IMG/VR virus record: IMGVR_UViG_2588254079_000001
Span: 2,998 to 66,997 of that record
Direction: 5' to 3' (one strand)
DNA: 64,000 nucleotides
From: a virus
Taxonomy: Duplodnaviria > Caudoviricetes
The position numbers and the translations under genes were made by a program. A model generated the notes under the pieces. It had not been told where the DNA came from and searched no databases. It saw nothing but the letters and a program-made list of their open reading frames with translations. Below are positions 38,801 to 49,477 of this stretch, one piece after another (the first letter of the stretch is position 1; each line of letters begins with the position of its first letter).

Positions 38801-40151
38801 TATGTGCATTTTCTTCAAAGACTGGTGTCCCTGTGAAACCAAAGAGCAACGCACGTGGAAAAGCATTCTTGATACCAATAAGCATACCTCCGAATACACT
38901 ACGATGGCACTCATCAATGATAAAAACCAATCGTTTACGTCCGATTGCATCTATCTCGCTCTGAGCGATGCCGTTCTGCACATTGATGTTCGACATCTTT
39001 TGTATGGATGTTACAATCAGTCGGTCATCAGGATCGATACTCCTCAACTTGCTGACTAGTATAGCTGTATTCTGAGTATCCTGTATGCTATCATCATCGC
39101 CAGCAAAGCCACGGTATTCATCCAAAGACTGTATTGAGAGTTCGATGCGGTCAAGCAGGAATACCACCTTGTCTGCATCACCAGAATTTGCTATGAGCTG
39201 AGCACTCTTAAATGAAGTCATGGTTTTACCTGATCCTGTAGTGTGCCAGATATAACCACCACGATGCTGGTGAGTATCCCAGTTTGTGCGGTGAGTCACA
39301 TCGCTTATCTTGCTAGCTGCATAATACTGATATGAGCGTAGCACCTTTAGCATCTTGTCCTTTTCGTCTGCTATAGTATAGTAACCCACAAGCTGATGTG
39401 CCATAGGGATTGACAATAATTGACTAGCAATAATACGCCAATCAGTTATTTCCATATTATTGAAGTCAGCCCAATGGAATTGGAACTCAGGTTTGAAGTT
39501 ATCTTCTGCTCCTGGATTAGCAAAGTACAAAGTCTTTTCGGGTGTCATGGCCACGAAAATTTGTACTAATTTGAAGATACCACTAGAAAAAACACCTTCG
39601 TGAGTGTAACGCTTAATCTGGAAGACTGCTTGTGTCACATCCACTCCGCTACGTTTCAATTCCACATGGATTACAGGCATACCGTTGATAAGTAGCATTA
39701 TATCGCCTCGACGTTCGCCTCCCAATGGATGAGAAGCCTTGAAACGAGGTTGACGTACAATCTGATAACGGCTCTGACCAGCACATATTTCCTGTGCATC
39801 AAAGATTTTCAAATATACCTCCTTGCCACAGTTATTTGCATCTGCTGGATTATCACGCTTTATTATAACCTGTCCACCATTGATAAGACGGTTCATCTCA
39901 AATGGTGAAGCACACATGTTCACTTGGTCAATCACTTGCTGCATCTCTGTCTTTGTCAAAGGTGCATTGCCCAATCGGTTAATGTCGCGGTTATTATCAT
40001 AGAGGATATTCGCCCAGTTCTGTACAAGGTCTTCCTCTGTTGGATTCATCATGATTCCTCCATCCCATCCATGACTGGTGTGAAGAAGATTGGCAAGAGC
40101 CTGCTCAAATGCAAGTTCCTTGATGAAGAATTGAGTATTATCGTTAGCCAT
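35826..40151 (-). CDS. hsdR: Type I restriction enzyme R subunit with a long C-terminal extension
   Basis: GDIMLLINGMPVIHVELK nuclease, HTTGSGKT, DECHRS, FTGTP, MLTGYD and QSFSRTNR motifs. Confidence 0.95.
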   Translation of the reverse strand: MANDNTQFFIKELAFEQALANLLHTSHGWDGGIMMNPTEEDLVQNWANILYDNNRDINRLGNAPLTKTEMQQVIDQVNMCASPFEMNRLINGGQVIIKRDNPADANNCGKEVYLKIFDAQEICAGQSRYQIVRQPRFKASHPLGGERRGDIMLLINGMPVIHVELKRSGVDVTQAVFQIKRYTHEGVFSSGIFKLVQIFVAMTPEKTLYFANPGAEDNFKPEFQFHWADFNNMEITDWRIIASQLLSIPMAHQLVGYYTIADEKDKMLKVLRSYQYYAASKISDVTHRTNWDTHQHRGGYIWHTTGSGKTMTSFKSAQLIANSGDADKVVFLLDRIELSIQSLDEYRGFAGDDDSIQDTQNTAILVSKLRSIDPDDRLIVTSIQKMSNINVQNGIAQSEIDAIGRKRLVFIIDECHRSVFGGMLIGIKNAFPRALLFGFTGTPVFEENAHNEITTETLFGDMLHKYTIASGIPDGNVLGFDVYRVNTYEDDELREKAAFAQLGVHSIEEVDEDEEKKKVYNKFISELQMPDTYNDPKTGKLTHGIEHYLPKDIYQQRVHQLAVVQDIVAHREQASKNGKFHAILATQNIPEAIAYYKLFKELYPSVNAVTVFDNNIDNSDEGIAKEDAILEMLTDYNARYQTTFALATYGKYKKDVAKRLAHKKPYLGIEHDHQQQIDLLIVVTQMLTGYDSKWVNTLYVDKVMKYVDIIQSFSRTNRLFGPDKPFGIIKYYTFPYTMEQNIEDALEVYVDRPLGVFVDKLEQNLDSINRYFLHISDIFKSHNIQNFSKLPDTREDRNMFAKDFVQMTRLLEAAKLQGFLWEKTEYEFEHGDTYTKVKMEIDESTYLTLLQRYRELFESKPGGNSEPTEFDYPIDTYITETGTGTIDAEYINSKFVKFVKNLYMNGPGSELTKEALKELHKTFASLSQRDQRTAIVVLHDIESGDLHLETGKTIQDYIAEYQLRELHKQIMILAEATGLNFSQLTHIMGRDVTEQNINEYNQFENLKLTLDGVKTRAFLEKIEGTTIPPRMVRPKADKMLRDFILDGAKREAILKAYLGVNVDVKSEAETLPEEVVTVTAGKNSEVETGFNLETVRDKIEEILTSCIPSLLPHMRSKKEIINSVFYVINTKSIDSLDGVDIFIQRAFENLYAKKSTLVDKHIAFNQLVTKFEAYLKKLYYLINGKELSARNEGDTPSWKDALYAHKCLWNLRWSTDEAKQQLYKWLLLVKGWRNEESHISPTASEQEVDTALNIILTMYFYVTGSSITALEANGHDISGSDTPVEATSKIVDFTPYHMNDETQIAAEPEDIRNLPEETRIDILRKSIIQLLGYTPKKSPFTKQRHWIAIYRIAADMGFIIDGDYAYFKSIIDNMEIETLNVPLTTAYLEKTVKGLYATNIEDWTNEGLSSKELAEYEEIKSCADAFSKVVVKNIPKKKSSN

Positions 40152-40167
40152 ATTTAAATTCTGCTTA

Positions 40168-42762
40168 TCATAAATGATTATAGTATTCTGTTTTATATCG
40201 CTCTATCGTTAGTTTCATTGTTGACACAAGTACATCAATGTCATTAACTATTGATGTTGTGTCATCTTCTGTAATGACATAGTCACCTATGCCATCACCC
40301 CAACGAATCTCGCAGTTGTGGTTAGGTATGCTTATAAGCAAACCATGAGAACCAAGAGATTTTGAGTCTTGCAATTCTACAGTTACATCTTTCATCAATT
40401 TTTTTTCTTCTTCATTATAAAATACATCAGTAGCAAGTGTCTTGATATATATAAGTATTGGGTCTAAACAATGGCTATCTGTTGACTGTAATTGAGCAAA
40501 AATTATATGTCCTTTATCTTCATAGAATCTCTTTCTTCGAGATTCCCAAATAATATGAGGACGTTGTTTGAAATACTTTACCCATCCTATGTTGCTGGTT
40601 GACTCAACTATGTGTTTGCAGAAGTCCTCAAATGTTGCTTGATCATTCCAATCTATCCATGTTTTTATGAACACACGAACAGATTCACCAAATTCTGGTT
40701 CCTCTCGCAAATAACGCTTCATACTGTTGTCTCGGTCTCTATTAAACTCATAGAGTCGATTCTTCGATTTCCAGCAATCCGGCTGTAAGCATAACATAGC
40801 GTTATAATACAGTTCTTGTTTTTCCCATTGTCTATCAAGATTTATCCACTTTGTCAAGCAATTAGAATAACCAATAAATGTTTCCAGGTTACCATTTGCC
40901 CAATGTAACAGACATCGTATTTGTCCCCATAAATATGGATTTCTTTCAGCATTTCTTATTGCATCTGTCCAGGAAACATTAATAATACCTTCGTTGTCGA
41001 TAAGTCGCAATTTTGCCTTATCCTCTTCTTCCTCCAAAGACTTATTGTCAATACCCTTGTATGGGTGATTAAGTTGTTTGAGAAATAACAATACTGCAGC
41101 ATTGTTTTCATAAAGGTCTATACCATTATCTTCATGATAGCGCTTCATATCCGAAACCATACTGAATACAGCTCCAAATGCATCCGAAGCATCCTTCCGT
41201 TTATTGATACGGTCAGTATTGTTATCGAACTTAAATACGTTTCGAGACATACGTGTCCATTCCTCAAAGTTCAAGCACCAAGCCTCCGAGTCGGACCTAT
41301 ATGGGTAGAGCTTCAGGAAGCATTGCAATGAATACAATGTGGCAAGGGTATCATTACTAATGTTATCGCCAACTAAATGAGAGAAATAGGTGTAGTCATT
41401 GTTATCGAAGAACGAATCCAGAGGCAATAATGTTGTTACATCCGTATATTGCCCTTCACCTTTATCAATAATCCATAAGTTAATATCATTTATGAGCTCT
41501 CTGAAATCAATGATTGTGCAATAACTAGGCAATATATTGCTGTCGCTACTTCTCCAGTCAACGAGATAATTCTGGTATGCGATTAACAAATCATCTAGAT
41601 CTGATTCATTAACATTATATGAAGACTCAAACAGGGTTTCATGCAAATTATATATACGATTCTTTCTGATTTCATATAGACGCATTGCTTCCTCGTCATC
41701 ATCATCTGGTTTCTCAAAGTCATTCGACAAATCTATGCTAGGTACTTTTGCAAACAACTGCATTGCAATCATACGCAACAGAAATATCTTCAATCTTTTT
41801 TCAGTTTCCTTTGCAGCGGCAAGTCTTTCTTTTTTATTATCATCAGAAGGAATCTGCGTCATAACTGCACTTGCATACTTCTGCCAAAACAAATCTATCC
41901 ACTTTCCATCCATATTCTCACGCCAAGCATGTTCTATGTATGAATCAGCAAGTTTCTTACCATCACAATTTACTTCTCCTTGCTGCAATTGAATTTCTTC
42001 CTCAAGTGTAGATTTCAACTTGTCAAAATCAGAAAGAAGCTTCCCTCTTGCATTCATCTTAATGAACAACTCATCAGACATGCCCATCTCGCCCAAGTCA
42101 AGATGATTAAAGGTGATATTGTTTAATCTAGCCTGACAAGCATCCAAATCCAACGTCCAATCCATCTGCTCACAGATAGTGTCTATCATTACAAGCATAG
42201 AGTTGATGGTAGGATCAAAACGCCATCCCCATTGGAACCAATCTCTATTTTGGATAATTTCAGATGGTGTATAGATATGTGCCTTCAGTTTTGAGGCATC
42301 ACGCTGCTCTTCTGGTTTACTTCTCTCTTCATCAGTTTTTTTCTTTGACTCTTTTGTCTTTTCAGCAGCTTCATTCACAAATTGCTTTGCATTATGGTGA
42401 ACCAATTCTTTACAGAACGCTTCTGAGGTATTACGAGTCTCATATATCAATATAGATTCACCTTCGGCTGTCTGCAAATCGACGCCTAACACCCAATGCA
42501 GGATAAACAAGGTAGTCAAACGCTGCTGACCATCTAGAGGTTCAAAAGCGTTTTTTCTATCACTACCATACACAAAGTCAAGTTGTGTTTCAGCCTTCTT
42601 ACCTGTTACTACAAGCAAAAGGCTACGTACAAAATGGTTGCGGATTTCCTTCACCTCTTTGTTCTTACGTCCCTGTGCATAGTCACGTTGTATCTGTGGT
42701 ATGCGTATCTTACCTTTCTTAATAAGATCTGCGAAACACATTTTATCTATATTATCGCTCAT
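40168..42762 (-). CDS. DUF262 (GmrS-like) protein without an obvious HNH motif
   Basis: IPQIQRDY, DGQQRLTT and FIKMNARG motifs; start at MSDNID overlapping the upstream stop. Confidence 0.85.
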   Translation of the reverse strand: MSDNIDKMCFADLIKKGKIRIPQIQRDYAQGRKNKEVKEIRNHFVRSLLLVVTGKKAETQLDFVYGSDRKNAFEPLDGQQRLTTLFILHWVLGVDLQTAEGESILIYETRNTSEAFCKELVHHNAKQFVNEAAEKTKESKKKTDEERSKPEEQRDASKLKAHIYTPSEIIQNRDWFQWGWRFDPTINSMLVMIDTICEQMDWTLDLDACQARLNNITFNHLDLGEMGMSDELFIKMNARGKLLSDFDKLKSTLEEEIQLQQGEVNCDGKKLADSYIEHAWRENMDGKWIDLFWQKYASAVMTQIPSDDNKKERLAAAKETEKRLKIFLLRMIAMQLFAKVPSIDLSNDFEKPDDDDEEAMRLYEIRKNRIYNLHETLFESSYNVNESDLDDLLIAYQNYLVDWRSSDSNILPSYCTIIDFRELINDINLWIIDKGEGQYTDVTTLLPLDSFFDNNDYTYFSHLVGDNISNDTLATLYSLQCFLKLYPYRSDSEAWCLNFEEWTRMSRNVFKFDNNTDRINKRKDASDAFGAVFSMVSDMKRYHEDNGIDLYENNAAVLLFLKQLNHPYKGIDNKSLEEEEDKAKLRLIDNEGIINVSWTDAIRNAERNPYLWGQIRCLLHWANGNLETFIGYSNCLTKWINLDRQWEKQELYYNAMLCLQPDCWKSKNRLYEFNRDRDNSMKRYLREEPEFGESVRVFIKTWIDWNDQATFEDFCKHIVESTSNIGWVKYFKQRPHIIWESRRKRFYEDKGHIIFAQLQSTDSHCLDPILIYIKTLATDVFYNEEEKKLMKDVTVELQDSKSLGSHGLLISIPNHNCEIRWGDGIGDYVITEDDTTSIVNDIDVLVSTMKLTIERYKTEYYNHL

Positions 42763-44686
42763 AAGTTTCTGTAGAATTAGAGTTAAACACATTGAAGATA
42801 ACATCAACCGTGTTGTGTATCTCCCTTAGATAGCCATCAAAGTCAGGCATACTCCATCGCATTGCATCTATGAAGGATGATTCTGTATTAGAGTTCGAAT
42901 AGTATTTCAAGAATACATTTCGTGTACCTATTGGCATAAAGCGTTTTCCGGCCTTATCTTCGCGGATAATGCAGTGGCGCTTATATGGAAATGGTGCATC
43001 TTGATACTCTCTATTAGTCTTATAATCAAGCAATGTCAGATTGCCTATGCTATCCTTATTCTTTATTGCACCATCACCAGCAGAAAAGTATTCAAGTACC
43101 TCTTTACAGAAGTCGGTGTATTGTTTGTCAATGCCAGTTCCCCTAAGATTAGCTTCATACTTTGGAATAAAATCCATGCATTTATTGTAAAGTGGCTTTG
43201 CTGTTGCCTTTCTTTCATTCAGTTTTGATTCTATTCCAAGAATATAAGCCACATTATTCAACCAGCGCAAACGGTCTTCGTGTTCAACCAATGATGCGTT
43301 GTTCTGAGAGTCAATATGTTCAATGTCCCATTTTTCTTTCTTGAATGAGTCAAATGCAAAGCGCTGTCCCTTCTGGCGGCTTGTCTCTACATTGAACAAA
43401 AGCAATAGACGGAACACATACTTTGAGCCGTATTCAAAACCGTCAATGCTGGCTGCGTTGAGATAGTTACCTTTGTCTTTGAAACTATCCATAATTAGTT
43501 TATGGAACTCTTTCTCGGTATCATCATTTGTCCACTCTCTTCCAGAAAACTGTTGCTTGGCGTTTTCTAGCTTGTTATAGATATCAAGAGGTTGATTGCC
43601 AACACTTACCAGATAACCAACATAGTGATAGTATAAGTTGTTTTCGTACCAGGCAATCAACCTGTCATTAGTTTTTATGACATACTCCCAAGCAGCACGC
43701 ATGTTGTCAATACCGTGTTTCTTCCATAGTTGTTTAAGTTCTACAGAATCATCTTTACGTTCTTGCGCTCTGCAATAGTCATATAGGTTCTGGAATAGAC
43801 GATACGAATAATCTTTATCCGCGTGGTCAGTTGGTTTCTCTGTTACAAAGTCAAACAATACATCTATTCTCGTCTGATGACTATCATTGTTGTTGCTAAT
43901 AAAGTACCAGAACTTATCATCCTGAAACTGACGCTCCATGATGTTCCAATCCAATGCCAGTTTGTCAGCTTCGACCCGATCGTTATTAGATAGGATATTT
44001 CTATCCATGATAAACAATGCCTTGATAAGTTCTGAACTTGTAAGACTGATTTTTCCTTTGTTAAGTCTGTTAAAAACCTGTATGCTTTCAATGGCTTGCT
44101 TCTCTTCTGAAACCACATACCAAATGAACTTTACTTGCTTGCTATTATTAGGAAGAAGTAAACAGTCTTTGATTGAATTCATTACCCCGTCATAGATGTG
44201 ATTCGTAAACCATTTCTCAATCACATTCTTGGCAACAGCCAGATAGTAACTGTCTATGTTGTCTTGAGGTTTGGGGTTTTCAAAATCCAACTGAGGGCGA
44301 TTAGTATAGGTCAGATTGTAAATCTTATCGGGTGTGAATATCTTCTTTTCCAAAGGCATCAAACCATATTCAAATATGAACATCAATATCAATCTAAGGG
44401 TGGTTAAACGTTGCTGCCCATCCAAAACTTCCCAGGCATCAATCTGTACGCCATCAGTATCTGTCCACTTGCAAGGTTTTACGACGAGTGGCTGCAGGTA
44501 ATAACTATCTTCTTTATCCTGTTTAGCAAACTCACAAATGTCTTCCAATAGGTCAATAACCTGTTTTTCCTCCCAACGATAACCACGCTGGTAGGAAGGG
44601 ATGACAAAGTGATACTTTGTCGTGATTAACTCTGCAACAGGTTTTGGGCAGAAGTTAGAGTTTGATGTGTATTGAGTGTTACTCAT
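42752..44686 (-). CDS. GmrSD-like DUF262-DUF1524 protein (type IV restriction)
   Basis: IPSYQRGYRW, DGQQRLTT, FNRLN, IEHI and IGNLTLL....N motifs. Confidence 0.9.
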   Translation of the reverse strand: MSNTQYTSNSNFCPKPVAELITTKYHFVIPSYQRGYRWEEKQVIDLLEDICEFAKQDKEDSYYLQPLVVKPCKWTDTDGVQIDAWEVLDGQQRLTTLRLILMFIFEYGLMPLEKKIFTPDKIYNLTYTNRPQLDFENPKPQDNIDSYYLAVAKNVIEKWFTNHIYDGVMNSIKDCLLLPNNSKQVKFIWYVVSEEKQAIESIQVFNRLNKGKISLTSSELIKALFIMDRNILSNNDRVEADKLALDWNIMERQFQDDKFWYFISNNNDSHQTRIDVLFDFVTEKPTDHADKDYSYRLFQNLYDYCRAQERKDDSVELKQLWKKHGIDNMRAAWEYVIKTNDRLIAWYENNLYYHYVGYLVSVGNQPLDIYNKLENAKQQFSGREWTNDDTEKEFHKLIMDSFKDKGNYLNAASIDGFEYGSKYVFRLLLLFNVETSRQKGQRFAFDSFKKEKWDIEHIDSQNNASLVEHEDRLRWLNNVAYILGIESKLNERKATAKPLYNKCMDFIPKYEANLRGTGIDKQYTDFCKEVLEYFSAGDGAIKNKDSIGNLTLLDYKTNREYQDAPFPYKRHCIIREDKAGKRFMPIGTRNVFLKYYSNSNTESSFIDAMRWSMPDFDGYLREIHNTVDVIFNVFNSNSTETYER

Positions 44687-44688
44687 AG

Positions 44689-45537
44689 CTATTCTTTGTT
44701 TCTATAGAGTTGATTTAATGTTTTAGCTTTCTTCTTATCAATATTGCTTATCCAAGCTGACCAACCGTTCGAAGAACGACCGAGACAGAATACTGCAGCT
44801 CCACTTGGTGATGGAAATGACTTAGCACGCTTTACGATGTAGAAATCGTCTTCCAGTTCACAACGGCATTCTTTGAGCATTTTTGCTCTCTGTTCTGGGT
44901 GTCTGAACTTAGCACTTTCTTTCACACATATCTTGCTTCCTTCCAATACTGTCATGCCTCCATCATTATAGATACCCTTGGCAAGAATTCCATTCTCTAC
45001 GATGTAGAACATAGGCGACTTGTCTGTTACTTCAGCCTTCTCGAAGATGTTATAACCCATGAACGACACGATGAAGCGGATGTCTTCAAAGTATTCGTCA
45101 TCGGTACTTCTTTGCGACTCTGTCAAAGTAGGATTTTTGGGATTCTGCTTGTTCTCATCCAGCGTATACTGATTGACTTTCAGTGCAAGCTCCACAGATC
45201 TCTTTTCAAGATACTGCACGTCAGCCTTTGTCTTGTCATGGGCAAGCGAGACAAATACCAAAGCTCTTTGCCAGAAATCCTTCTTATTGATATGGTCACG
45301 GACTCTCTTATCAAAGTTTTCGGTCTCACCGATATAAGCTTTCGGATTTCCGCTCTCTTCTTCACCTATTAGTATATACAAAGCCGGCGTACGCAATTCT
45401 TTACGTTCATCTTCTCGCAAAATGTCTATGCGTGTACGGGGTATATTATAAGCAATCATTGTGCGGTTGCTTATCACGACGGTTTGCACTCCCTTTGGCG
45501 TTCCGTCAATCAAGTATGTTGTTATAGTCTTGCCCAT
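44689..45537 (-). CDS. GIY-YIG nuclease with DUF4357-like C-terminal domain
   Basis: ALYIL...AYIGET, YLE, and FPSPSGAAVFCLGRSSNGW motifs. Confidence 0.85.
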   Translation of the reverse strand: MGKTITTYLIDGTPKGVQTVVISNRTMIAYNIPRTRIDILREDERKELRTPALYILIGEEESGNPKAYIGETENFDKRVRDHINKKDFWQRALVFVSLAHDKTKADVQYLEKRSVELALKVNQYTLDENKQNPKNPTLTESQRSTDDEYFEDIRFIVSFMGYNIFEKAEVTDKSPMFYIVENGILAKGIYNDGGMTVLEGSKICVKESAKFRHPEQRAKMLKECRCELEDDFYIVKRAKSFPSPSGAAVFCLGRSSNGWSAWISNIDKKKAKTLNQLYRNKE

Positions 45538-45551
45538 GTTGAATATTTTGA

Positions 45552-46760
45552 TTAAACAAACATCTTATCAAGACACGATGATTTGATGCGTTTTAGTGAT
45601 TCTAGTTTCTGTTCTTCGAGAGATATTTGTTTGTCGATGGTACGGAAGAAAATAGAGATCTGTTTCTGCTCTTCATAAGAAGGGAAAACAAAGTCCATTT
45701 CCATAAACTCCTTAAAACTGATTGAACGACCATCTCGAATACCATAAGTAATCAGTTTCAAGCGATCAATGAAAGCTTTAGACATAAAGATGTACTTCCA
45801 ATAATAGTCATCGTGTTTGTCATCTTCCTTGAAACCGAATACTGTATATGCCGGAGAACAAATACCTTCAACGGACGAGTGTGCAAAGCCACCTTGAAAT
45901 GAACGAAGATGGATGACGAACTGACCTGGCAACACACGCTTGTATGTCACCTCGTTTGATTTATCATGGAAAATATCATATCCACTTTCACTTCGAGGAG
46001 CCATTCCTCTAATATCCTGACATGCTGATAGTACAGGAAGCTCTGGATGGTTCCTTTCGTCGAAGGTCTTGAACAATTCGTTGGCTGTCATTGAAGAATA
46101 TTCATCTTCAAATCCTTTGAATCTAACTCTAGGCCTTGTCTCACCTTTTTGTGGGAACATTGCATGAAGAGAAGCAGTCTTCATTTGTCGGAGAGATGCT
46201 ATTTTTTTTGATGATATTTGGATTTGCTTGTCTAGCAATTCAAAGCACTCAACAATTTTATGTTGTTCAGGAAAATTTGGCAAATACACCTTCAATTCTT
46301 TGAGGTCGGAATAAGCCAATGTCTGGCGCATACCATCACCCATTTTATAATAGACTTTGGTTATATCATCATAATAGTGAAGCAGTGTGTAGAGATAATG
46401 CGGATCTACAACTCTAGTATCACACTCCACACAGACATAAGCAGGTGTAATGATGCCTTCTTCTTCGGATATGCCAACTCGAAGACTTTTCTTGTCATTT
46501 TGAAGATCGGTCACTCGAAAAACGATAATATCTTTCTTTATTATCTGATAAGTATCGAATGAAGCAGGTAAAAGTCCTTTTTTAGATTCTATATCCTTGC
46601 GCACTATCTTGCCATAGCTCAATGACAAAAGATTCTGATGATGAACATTCTTGTTAGACTCCCTATATTGACGAGTTATTTCACCTAAGGTTGTTACCTT
46701 CCAAGAATACTTAAACTCATCGAATCTCATTGATGGTATTATGTTTGTCATTTCTTCCAT
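45552..46760 (-). CDS. hsdS: Type I R-M specificity subunit
   Basis: Two TRD repeats with P..EQ.KI helices and the RFKGF spacer. Confidence 0.92.
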   Translation of the reverse strand: MEEMTNIIPSMRFDEFKYSWKVTTLGEITRQYRESNKNVHHQNLLSLSYGKIVRKDIESKKGLLPASFDTYQIIKKDIIVFRVTDLQNDKKSLRVGISEEEGIITPAYVCVECDTRVVDPHYLYTLLHYYDDITKVYYKMGDGMRQTLAYSDLKELKVYLPNFPEQHKIVECFELLDKQIQISSKKIASLRQMKTASLHAMFPQKGETRPRVRFKGFEDEYSSMTANELFKTFDERNHPELPVLSACQDIRGMAPRSESGYDIFHDKSNEVTYKRVLPGQFVIHLRSFQGGFAHSSVEGICSPAYTVFGFKEDDKHDDYYWKYIFMSKAFIDRLKLITYGIRDGRSISFKEFMEMDFVFPSYEEQKQISIFFRTIDKQISLEEQKLESLKRIKSSCLDKMFV

Positions 46761-46766
46761 ATGTGA

Positions 46767-49264
46767 TTATAACAAAGATTGTAATTCCTTCAAACCCTTA
46801 ATGTCATATTCTGAACCCATTAATTGGTCAATCATCGAAGATATTATATTGCCATTGATAGAAATGTGGGAATTGATGTCTCTATAACTTGTTTCGTATC
46901 TGCCACAGAGATATACTAAAGATTTGCTCAAAGTATATATTTCGGATTCAAGAGTTTGCTTTATTGCATCATAAATAGGTGTAACCCACTTCAAATGCAA
47001 AAATTCGTCCACCTCTACATCTGTCAAATTCTGTATGGTATCAATTGTTTTAGACTCTAAATCAGCCTTTGCCACCTTGATAGCCTTGTTTGTCTTGCTT
47101 TGCTTGTCCCAAAGAGCAACAATCTCCTTGAGTTTTGCCTTTGTCTCAGGTTCAATAGAATCTCCCTTGGTTTTGGCATCACTTGTAATCTTCTTCTTGT
47201 TCAACTTTGGACTGTCGCCATCCTCAAGATATACCGTAGTTTCCTCTTCAGTGAAATTGTTAGGTGCATCCTCAAGATTTGAGACACATTCGTCCACTTC
47301 TGCTTGCATCTGAGCAATAGCATCAAGTTCTGACTGGAATTTCACACTCTGCACTAATTCGAATGGCAAAATACGCCCTTTAAGTCCGTCTGGAACCTCG
47401 ACTTCGTCATCACCATCCTTCTTTATCTTATAAGCCTGCTCAACGGCACGAACCGCCTCCATACCATCGGTTTGGATTGTCTCAATGTCATTGACAATTG
47501 TCTGCCAGTTGTCTGCCAATGCTTGATATGCGGTATATTTATCAACAAGTGCGATTGATTGTAGGCGGCGGAAGATTTCTTCTGCAATGGCATCCTGCTC
47601 CTTCATTTCGTTTACAGACATGACATTGGTGATAAGGTGATCATGAAGCATATCCTCGAAGCCTGCAAAGGCATCAACAAACGACTGTTTCAATGCTTTT
47701 ACGTCTGCATTTTCGTTGATAGCATCAGCTATGCTCTCCACCTTCACGCTTGCGTATGGACTGTCATCTTCATTTCTTTGGAATAGTTCGCCACGCAATG
47801 ATGGTAATGCCTGCCAATAGTTTTCGAGCGAATCAATCTCACTCTCTGGAATGCCTCCAAACATAGTAGCGTAGATGTCATACTGCACAGCAGTTTCGCT
47901 TGAATCTACATAACGGGGGATGTTAAGGTTGTAACCATTCTGACGGATTTCGTCACGAGATACTGCACGAGAGAAACCGGGGATTGACTTTCTATCACGA
48001 ACGGTATCGGCAATGCGCTTAATGTCGCAAGCACGCAGTTTGTTCTGCTTGCCATCCTTTACAAATCCCTTTGAAGCATCAACGATTAGTACATCATCAT
48101 TATCACGATGCTGCTTCAGCACCATAATGAGTGTAGGAATACCAGTGCCAAAGAAGATATTGGCAGGCAAACCAATGATAGCGTCGATGTTGTTCTTCTC
48201 TATGAGGTTCTTACGAATCTTCCCCTCGCCATCAACATCTTTTTCTGGATCACCTCGAAAAAGTACGCCATGAGGCAGAACGATAGTGAGAATGCCGTCA
48301 GGCTTGATGTGGTGGAGTTCATGGAGCAGAAACGCATAATCAGCCTTGCTCTTTGGAGCCACACCGTAATCCTTGAAACGAGAGTCCATTTCTGCATCAG
48401 TAGGATTCCAATGCTGAGAATATGGAGGATTGCTGACCACAGCATCTACATAAAGAGGCTTGCTCATATCGCCTGCCTGTACAGGCCAATCTTCATCAAG
48501 CGAGTCTGCACAGCGAGCATTGATGTTGTTTGGCTTGATACCACGCATCACAAGATTCATTCGAGTGAGGTTATAGGTATTCTCTTTCAGCTCCTGTGCA
48601 TAGTACTTAACTTTATTCTTGTCCTCGATATGCCTACCAACCGACTTGCCAATAGTGATAAGCAACGAACCAGAACCAGATGTTGGGTCGTAAATCTCGA
48701 TAGTTTCCTTTGCCTTATGGTGTTCTGCCACAATCTCCGACATAAGTATAGCTACTTCGTGTGGTGTATAGAACTCACCAGCCTTTTTGCCTGCATTGGC
48801 GGCGAAGTTACCAATCAAATATTCATAAACATAGCCAAGCACGTCATAGTCTTGACTGCCATCGGTAGGAATATCCTTAATGAGTTTTATGAAGTCTTTT
48901 AGTGCGCGAGTTTGCGAAGCTGGATTCTCTCCAAGTTTACTAAGACCGGCTTGCAAAGTCAAAAAGATCTTTTCATAGACAGAGCGATAGTTCGCACTTA
49001 CCAAACGGTCAAAATTGTTAAGTGCAGCACTCAGGTCTGCCACATTAAACATAGAATCAGGCTTCAACCATGTACTGAACAGATACTTATACTCGATAAA
49101 GTATCCGATATTGTTCTTACAGTACTCAATAGTATCCTTTGCATTAGCATCTTCATAGTCTTCAACAAGAAAAGGCATATCCTCGTCAGTCCATCCATCC
49201 TTACGAAGATATTGCTCCTCGTTGTCACAGAGAAACTTATAGAAAATAAGACCAAGGATATAAT
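46767..49264 (-). pseudogene. hsdM: Type I R-M methyltransferase subunit, 5' end removed by prophage insertion
   Basis: GEFYTP, DPTSGSG and NPPY motifs; HsdM-like sequence begins abruptly at YILGLIFYKFL with non-HsdM sequence upstream. Confidence 0.85.
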
Positions 49265-49294
49265 TAAATCCGGAAAAACCAGACGTGCCGCTTA

Positions 49295-49334
49295 ACAAAA
49301 ACGATGCGTTTCAAAAAGTACAAAAACGACGCGT
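49295..49334 (+). repeat. Direct repeats at the prophage end (possible transposase-binding sites)
   Basis: ACAAAAACGATGCGT (49295-49309) and ACAAAAACGACGCGT (49320-49334), 14/15 identical. Confidence 0.65.
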
Positions 49335-49477
49335 ACAAGAAAAACGGTGAGCGCGGTCCTATTCAGCATGATCAAAGCCCACCGTTTTTCTTTCACTTGA
49401 ACCCTCTTTAAATGGCTTTAAAATATCATTTAAAAGCCATTGCAGATTCAAAATAATTTCCTATCTTTATGCAATTG

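Noticed and set aside
45552-46760. Phase-variable hsdS shufflon
   Set aside because: Only one hsdS is present, with no silent copies or adjacent invertase visible.
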